Shown here piece by piece: positions 36,501 through 45,500 of a stretch of 64,000 bases of DNA. Made by a program: the position numbers and the translations under genes. The notes below the pieces were generated by a model. That model worked only from the letters and a program-made list of their open reading frames with translations, was not told the origin of the DNA and did no database searches. The stretch's first letter is position 1. Every line of letters begins with the position of its first letter. Origin of the DNA: a virus (lineage: Duplodnaviria > Caudoviricetes); IMG/VR virus record IMGVR_UViG_3300023174_000037; one strand, 5' to 3'.

Positions 36501-39500
36501 ATTCCAAGTATTCAATTATTTGTAAGCAGTGAGTTTCAAGCACCCTACAAATATTCAGTAGCAACAACCGCTGACAGCACCACAATAACCTGGACGGATG
36601 CCAGCTATGACAACGGTGTGGCATTTGCCACAGGTGATATTATTGAAGTGCTGGTGCTGAGTGATCAGGCCAGTAAAGTGGCATTTTATCAAGTGCCTAT
36701 CAATCTTGAAAACAATCCACTCAACGTCAACAGCCCTTACTTTACAGTTGGCACGGCCAGAACACACTACGAATCAATCTGTGAAAACCTATTAGATTTA
36801 GTTGGACCAATCAACGGTAACAACAACACTCGAGATCTGGGCAATATTATTCCTTACGGCACTAGCATTATACAAAATAGTGCGCCAATGACCTTGGCTG
36901 GATATTTTATGAGGTCAAAGCAATACAATATTTTTGACTCATTGGCCTACAGCAGTAGAGAATACGAACAGTATAAAGCACAATTGTTAAATGCAGTTGT
37001 AACAACCGATTACACAAATTATACAATTCCAGCCATGCTGACAGCAGTTGTTACACAGTTGGTTGCTGGGCGTACCCAGGTCAATCCGTTCTACTGGACA
37101 GATATGTTGCCGGCCAATCCGGTGTATACCTCAACCACAACAACCTATTCGCTGATATCAACACCTGTATTCAATCTTAACACTACCTACGACTTTACCA
37201 GTTCAAACTATCAAAGTGTATTGGTCTATGTCAATGACGTTCTTTTACAAACCAATTATGACTATGTTGTAAGCACAGACGCTCCGTCACTGACCATAAC
37301 CGTACCACTTAATGTAGGCGATGTTATAACCATACAAGAATATGCCACTACCTATGGAACGTTTGTACCTAATACTCCTACCAAGTTAGGGTTGTATCCT
37401 GCGTTCCAGCCCAAAATATATTTGGATACAACTTATGTTAATCCTACATTGGTAATTCAAGGACACGACGGAAGCCTTACAGTAGCATTTGGTGACTTTA
37501 GAGATCAGTTGTTGTTGGAATTTGAAACTAGAATTTTCAACAACTTAAAAATTAAATCTGAAGTACCATTGACCTTAACTGATGTTACTCCTGGACAATT
37601 TAGATCAACTGGATATAGTTTAGCAGAAATCAACGACATATTGGCACCTAGTTTTTTAAGTTGGCTAGGTTGGAACAAATTAACCTATGCTGAACAAACC
37701 TACAATTCTGCAAATCAATTTACATGGAATTACAGTGCTGCAGGTAACAGACTCAGTGGATCAACTACCGGCACCGAATTGCCTTTGCCGGTTGGCGCCT
37801 GGCGCGGGATCTATCAATATTTTTACGACACACCAACTCCACAAAGCACACCGTGGGAAATGTTGGGATTCAGTCAAGAGCCCGATTGGTGGACCGAAAC
37901 ATACGGTCCGGCCCCATACACCTCTGGCAACTTGATTCTATGGGAAGATTTGGCCGCAGGCAAAGTGGCAGATCCTGCAGGTGCATATTACCTACCTAAA
38001 TATGCCCGCCCAGGATTGGTAATGTATGGTGCAGGAAATATTTCAATGCAGAGCGGAGGCTCTGGATATAGTGCTCAAACAACAGTAACTATTTCAAATC
38101 CACCGGCTGGCGACTATTCTACTCCGGCCACACTCGGAACACCAGTTATTGTTGGTGGAGTAATTGTGTCAATACCAGTGACCAATCCAGGTCGTGGGTA
38201 TACTTCTCCGCCAGACATAATTATTAAAGATCTTGGTGGCGGTACTGGCGCCAGAGCATCATGCACTCTCACTCGAGTTCAAGATGTCATACCTGTTGAC
38301 AGCGAAGGTAATTTATTAAGTCCGTTTTTCAGTGTAGTAGGATTATATGATTCCAGCCAGTGGCAAAAGAGCTGGGTGTTTGGTGATGAAGGACCGGTTG
38401 AATATTCATGGCGTACCAGCTCCGCGTTTCCATTTGCAGTCATGCGATTGTTGGCACTTACACGTCCGGCTAAATTCTTTAGTTTGTTTGCTGATAGAGA
38501 TCTTTACAAGTATGACGCAGATCTTGAACAATACTTATACAATCAACGTTACAGACTTGATGCCAATGGTGTAGAAGTGTATGGCAACGGCCTTAGTAAA
38601 GCCAGCTACATTGATTGGATTGTTGATTATAATCGTCAATTGGGCATCAACTCAACAGACAAACTAGCAGAAGATTTGTCCTTGCTTGACGTAAGACTGT
38701 GTTATAGAATGGGCACATTTACAGACAAGCAGTATCTTAGTATTATTGCAGAAACATCCAGTCCCGACAGCACAAATAGCAGTCTACTGATACCTGACAA
38801 CAGCTATAATTTATTGGTATACAAGAACCAACCATTTAGCCAAACTTTGTATAGTGCGGTTGTTATTCAAGTGGTTGACGGAGGCTGGTCAGTTACTGGA
38901 TATAGCTTAACCAATCCATATTTTGAAATATTGGCCAGCCGAACCGGCGGTCCAACACGGGTTATCACTGCCGGCGGCACAAGAGTCACTGTTCCAACTA
39001 CCTATACTCAAAATGTTGTGCAGGTACCTTACGGGTATGTGTTTACCAATCAAACAGTTGTGGCTGACTTCTTATTGAGCTATGGTGCTCTATTGGAAAG
39101 TCAGGGTCTAGTTTTTGACGCAAGAGAAAACGGCACCACACTAAACTGGAATCAAATGGTTCAAGAGTATCTGTATTGGGCCAACCAAGGATGGATGACA
39201 GGCAGTGTAATCAGCCTAAATCCTACTGCTCAAGAGTTGACCCTGGTTACTCCTGAAGCAATTGTTGATTCAATTGTTACGCAGACTCCAGAAAACTTGA
39301 TTCTAGATCAAAATAGAACCACAATTCCTTCATCTCAGTTGGTGATAGATCGTTACGAAAACACCTTTAAGGTAACCAGCTTAAACGAACAAACAATAAG
39401 TTATATTGCCCTGCGCTCGACCAGTTACGAGAGTCTGGTTATTTTAGATAACGTTAGTGTGTTTGGTGACCTATTGTACGATCCAGCCACAGGTGCAAGA

Positions 39501-42500
39501 CAAAGCCGTGTTAACGTTGTAGCAACAGTTGCCGCTGAGTGGAATGGCCAACTAGACGCACAAGGATTTATAAACAACAATACACAAACAGTAAAAGAAT
39601 GGCAACCTTTGCAGAAATATACCAAAGGCGAAATTGTCATTTACAAAAATAATTATTGGCAAGCTCTTAATATCATTCAACCTTCTACACAGTGGAATCA
39701 ATCCTTGTGGTCGCAAAGTAATTACACTAGAATACAAAGTGGCCTGCTGCAAAATATTCCATTGCTGGCCAACCAATTGGCCACCAGTTACGATGTCAAC
39801 CAAGCCAACCTACAAACCGAACAAGATTTATTTGCCTTTGGACTGATTGGATTCAGACCACGTCAGTATATGACTGATTTGAATTTGGGTGATATAAGCC
39901 AAGTTAATCTGTATCAACAGTTGATCAAAGACAAAGGCACTCTCAACAGTGTGCGTTTGTTGACCAATACCAATCTCAACAAAGAAACTGCACAGTATCA
40001 GGTGTATGAAAATTGGGGAATTCAACGAGGCATATATGGCGCCAATGCCAATCGTAGATTTGTTGAAATGCGACTCAACGAAGCATTGTTAACATCAAAT
40101 CCAGGAACGGTGCAAATCATTGCTCCTCAAGAAGTTAGTGTAGCCGATCAAACCATATTGTATGAAAATTTATGGAGAGAAAGTTATAATGTAACCAGTC
40201 CAGATATTTTTCCAACTGCCATTATGCCAGTTGCAGATTCTGCATTGCCCAGCGCAGGATACGTAAATTTAGAAGACGTAGATATAACAGTGTTTGATCT
40301 TGATGGTCAACTAGGACTAGCCGATGGTGTGTTAAACACCATTGGTATTGGAACCACAGTTTGGGCTGCAAAAAGCAATGCCTACGATTGGAATGTTTAT
40401 AGATGTACCGAGGTTCCAGGTTATATAAGTTCTGCTGCGCCAAACCTTAACGGCACTGCAATTGTAACATTTACCCAGCCACCTGGGTTAGTAGTGGGCG
40501 ATGTCCTTATAATTAGATTTTTAGACCCCACAGTCGACGGAGTATACAATGTAATAGCGTTACCTGGGTTAACCTCAGTCGCAATAGCGTTGACAATATC
40601 AAATACTGTAACCGGCACCGGCTTAGGATTCAGCCTACAGACCATGCGTGTCAATCAGGCCAGCGATGTGTTGAATCTGCCTTATACAGCGGCGCTGGGC
40701 CCAGGTGCCAAGGTTTGGGTAGACAACGACGGAACTGGGCACTGGGAAGTTTTGGAAAAAACTGATCCTTTTACCGATGTTGGAGCCATTGAGCCAACAG
40801 TGCCAGCTGTTGATTCAGGTTATGGTAGTGCTGTTGCACAGGCATATCAAAATATTGTTGCCATGGTAGGAGCCCCGGGCTATGGAACCGCTGGTGCAAT
40901 TTATACCTATGTTAAAGATGTCACCGACAGTTACTCTGAGAATTCTATTTTATTGTTGAATGCTGATCAAACTCTTGGCTTTGGCAATGCTATGCAGATA
41001 GGATATCAAAATTGGGCTGTGGCCGGCGCCAGTGCAAGTAGAAGTAATCAAGGTTATGCTGTTGCAATATATCGAGCCACAGGCAGCACAGCATTTGAAC
41101 AACGTCAGCTATTGATACCACCCGACGGTGACTATAGCAATGCTGAATTTGGCTACAGTGTAACTGTGAGCCAAGACGAGCAATGGATGTATGTGTCGGC
41201 TCCGGGACAAAATAAAGTTTATCCATATGGTCGTGTAACCATACCAGGCCAGACCGCACAATTTATTACTCCGGGCACTTATCGAGTTTATGATGTAGGC
41301 GGCATTATTGAATTTGACAACGAATTACAACTAGCAGTGGTATTAAACAACGAACTGTTGACCATTGGTGTTGATTATACTGTGGGCGGCACTGTTGTTA
41401 ACCTAGCCGGAATTCCAGTAGAAGGTCAAAAATTAATAATAACACGCAAAGTTCAACAAGATTACATTGGCGACGGTGTTGAAACTGTTTTTGATCTAGG
41501 ACCATTCTTATACACAGCTGACAATATTGATAGTTTTGTTGTGTCGGTTAATGAAGTAATACAAGTTCCTGATTTTGATTATACATTCAGTGCTACTGGT
41601 GATTATCCAATAACATTTACGACCGCTCCAGATGCCGATAGTGCAATTAAAATATTAACTGGAACTTATTGGCAACCAATGGATGCCATTGAAGGGCCGG
41701 CATCCTCAAGATTTGGTTCAGCTATTCATACCACAACGGACGGTCGCCAAATTATCATTGGCGCCAGCGCCGACGAATCAGACCCGGGGTTAAATTCTGG
41801 AGCAGTTTATGTGTTCAATCGCAGCGTAACACGTTACATCATAAGTGATACTACACAGCTCACTTATGCGTTACCGGCGGGCTATCAAGATCCTGTGGCA
41901 GTGATTTTAAATAGTGTATACTTGACCAACACAGCTCAATATATCAATGGCCAATTCACAGTAACTGGTGGTGATGTAGTATTAGGTGTTGCACTAAATG
42001 TAGGTGATGTATTAGAAATTGAAAGTAATATTTTCACTCAAGTTCAAAAGATAGTACCAGAGGCCCCATATGATGAATCCGCGTTTGGTGCTGCAGTTGA
42101 TATCTGTCCAAATAACTGTAGTATATACACAGGTGCTCCTGTTGACGGAACAATACTGTTAGCAGCCGGTTCAGTGCAACGAAATGTCAACCAGGCTCGA
42201 GTGTATGGAACAATCACATCTACCAACGCAAATCCTACATTGACTGCTGGTGACACTATACTTGTTAATAACATGCCAGTGGCAGTTCCTGCCAGCCCAA
42301 ACAATACAGTTACTGGACTAAAAAATGCTATTATCGCAGCCGCAATACCCAATGTCACTGCTTCTGTGGCCGCTGGATTGTTGACCATCAACATAGTAAA
42401 TGTTGCGGCCGCTGACGCATACAACAGATTGACTGTGTGGCCTGGAATAACTGGCACAGCATTTGACGATCTTGGATTCAACACATATGCATATACTCAA

Positions 42501-45500
42501 ACTATTGTCAGTCCAAATCCATCTGCCAGTGCAAACTTTGGTGCCGCACTAAACATTGACACAACAGCATTGACACTGGTAGTTGGCGCACCACGTGGTG
42601 ATTTGTACGAAGCTGTGATTTTTGACAACGGAACTACATATTTTGACGATCGTAGCACCACATTCTTTAACGAGATTTTAGAAAGTGGTGTGGTATATAC
42701 TTTTGATTATCTGTCCAGTGCCACTGACACAGTTACAAATCCTGGAAATTTTGTCTTTGGTCAACAAGTATATGATAATCAGACAAACACTGCGGACCAA
42801 TGGGGTGCAGCTGTTAATTACACCACTGGTAAACTACTAATAGGAAGTCCAACTGGCGCAGACAATTACGGCCGGGTTGGACAATTTATCAACTTAGATC
42901 GATTGCCTGCATGGAAGATACTGCGTCGCCAGCAACCAGTGGTTGATGTTGCGTTGTTAAACAGTGTATACATGTATAACAAATTACAAAGTCAAGAAAC
43001 ATATTTCTTTGATTTCATTGATCCGTTGCAAGGTAAGATACTAGGAGTTGCTAGACAAAATATTGATTTTATTAGTCAAGTGAATCCAGCTCAGTATAAC
43101 TTTGGGCCGATCAATAATATTGGTAACTTCTGGGGTTCAGAACGAGTAGGAACCATCTGGTGGGACACAACAAATGCACGATTCATTGATCCAAATCAAG
43201 ACAACATTGTGTATTCTAGTCGCCGATGGGGACAATTATTCCCTTCCAGCACAGTGGATATCTATCAATGGGTTGCCAGCTCAACACCACCAGCTGGCTA
43301 CACCGGTGAAGGAACACCATTAAATACCACCAGCTATTCAGTGAGAGCACAGTTAACTACTACTGGCACGTTTGAAACTGTTTATTATTTCTGGGTCACA
43401 GGAATTACAACCATTGCTATCAATGAAGGAAAAACTCTCAGTACCACTGGCATTGCCAGATATATTGAAGAGCCACGCAGTAGCGGAATACCTTATATTG
43501 CCGCACTCAACGCCAGCACAGTGGCAATCTATAATGGATCGCAATATCTTTCAGCCTTTGACACAATACTGCACGTGGATTTTTCACAAGAATTATCAGA
43601 CGCAAATATTCATACTGAATTCCAATTGATTGCTGACGGAAATCCAAACAGTTTCCTTGCTGATAATCTTTATCAGAAGTTACAAGACAGTTTCTGCGGA
43701 TACAATCAAAATGGCGCTCAGGTTCCTGATCCATTCCTAAGTCCTCCAGAACAGTATGGTGTAGCGTTTAGTCCACGCCAGAGTTTGTTTGTTAATCGTT
43801 TACTAGCATTAGAAAACTATCTAACTAGAACCAACGAAATACTAAAGTATTTGCCTATTGTTGAACAGCGCAGATTTATATTGTTAAATTCTAGCGAACC
43901 TGTTCCAGCTGCAGGCAGTGAAGAATACAACAAAGTGTTGGATAACATTGAACAGTTAAGTTTTCAAAATCTAAACCAAGTTCCGTTGGGATACAAATAT
44001 TTAATTCTGTCAGACAGCACATTTAATGGCGCCTGGACAATTTATGAGGTTATTCTAGCGTCCAATGCTCCTGCGGCTCCTAAAGTCACACAGTTGTTTA
44101 GAATTCAGAATTTTAATACAAAAAATTATTGGTACCATATTGATTGGTATAGATTGGGTTACAATTCTTCAACAACACCAGTTGCCCAAGTTCCAAATTA
44201 CGCTAGCCTTGTAACACTCAATGTCACAGTAGGTAGCAGTGTCAAAGTTACAGCCAACGCTCAAAATAAATGGGAAATATATCTCAGAACCGACACTGGA
44301 TGGGATCGTGTTGGTCTACAAGATGGCACTATTGCGTTTGATAACACCTTGTGGGATTATGCCGCCGGCCGTTATGGATTTGACGCCGAAGTGTTTGATG
44401 CCCAGTATTATGATCAAGAACCTGTAATAGAAACACGAAATATCATACAAGCAATTAACAATGAGTTATTCATAAATGACCTGGCTATTTTCAAGAATCA
44501 ATTGTTAATTTTAATGTTCAAGTTTATATTAACCGAAGAACAGGCGCCAGACTGGCTGATGAAGACCAGCTTTATCAATGTTCGTCACGATATCAGATCA
44601 TTGTTGCCGTTTCCAACGTATCGTCAAGACAATCAAGATTTTGTGTCAGACTACCTGCAAGAAGTTAAGCCATATCATGTGCAGGTTAAACAGTTTAATT
44701 TGGTATACAAAGGACAAGATGAATATCCTGGATTTGCCACGGACTTTGACAATCCACCATACTACGATACCTCGCTAGAAATACCGCAGTTTGTCAGCCC
44801 AATTTTATTACCGTATACCAAGAGCACTGCGGTAGGAACCGGCCGGCCTAGTGACATTGCAGATACACCAGCCAACGCAGAGATATGGGCAACAACACCT
44901 TGGCAAGAATGGTACAACAATTATTTGTTAAGTTTAACGTCAGTCAGTGTTACTGCAACAGGATCTGGATATGCCACAGAACCAGAAGTGATCATTGGAA
45001 CCGAATGGACAGCCGACACAGCGTATACGCTAGGTCAACAGGTATTTTATGGATCCAATTTATATTCAGTAACTGTGGCCGGAACTTCTGCTGATGTTCC
45101 GCCATCATGGGTCACTGGTAGTGAACTAAGTGGTACAGCCACATTAACCTATGTTGGAACGCCGGCCACAGCGGTAGCAGTTATCAATTCTCAACTGCAG
45201 GTGATAGCAGTCAATGTTGTTGATGACGGTGCCGGGTATACAACAAATCCTGTGATAACATTTGTAAGCGCCACTGGTACAGGCGCACAAGCTCGGGCCA
45301 ACATGGGCAATCCGCTGGTTCGAGAATTCAATTTGACTATTAAGTATGACCGCTACGAGTATGTAAGCACTATTACTGATTGGAATTATTTGGTAGCTGT
45401 GTATCCGGCCAACACGCAAGTTCGATTTGCAGACACTGTATGGCAAGCAATTGATACTGTAACCAACACTCCAATTGTGCTCAATTCAACAGGAACCGCT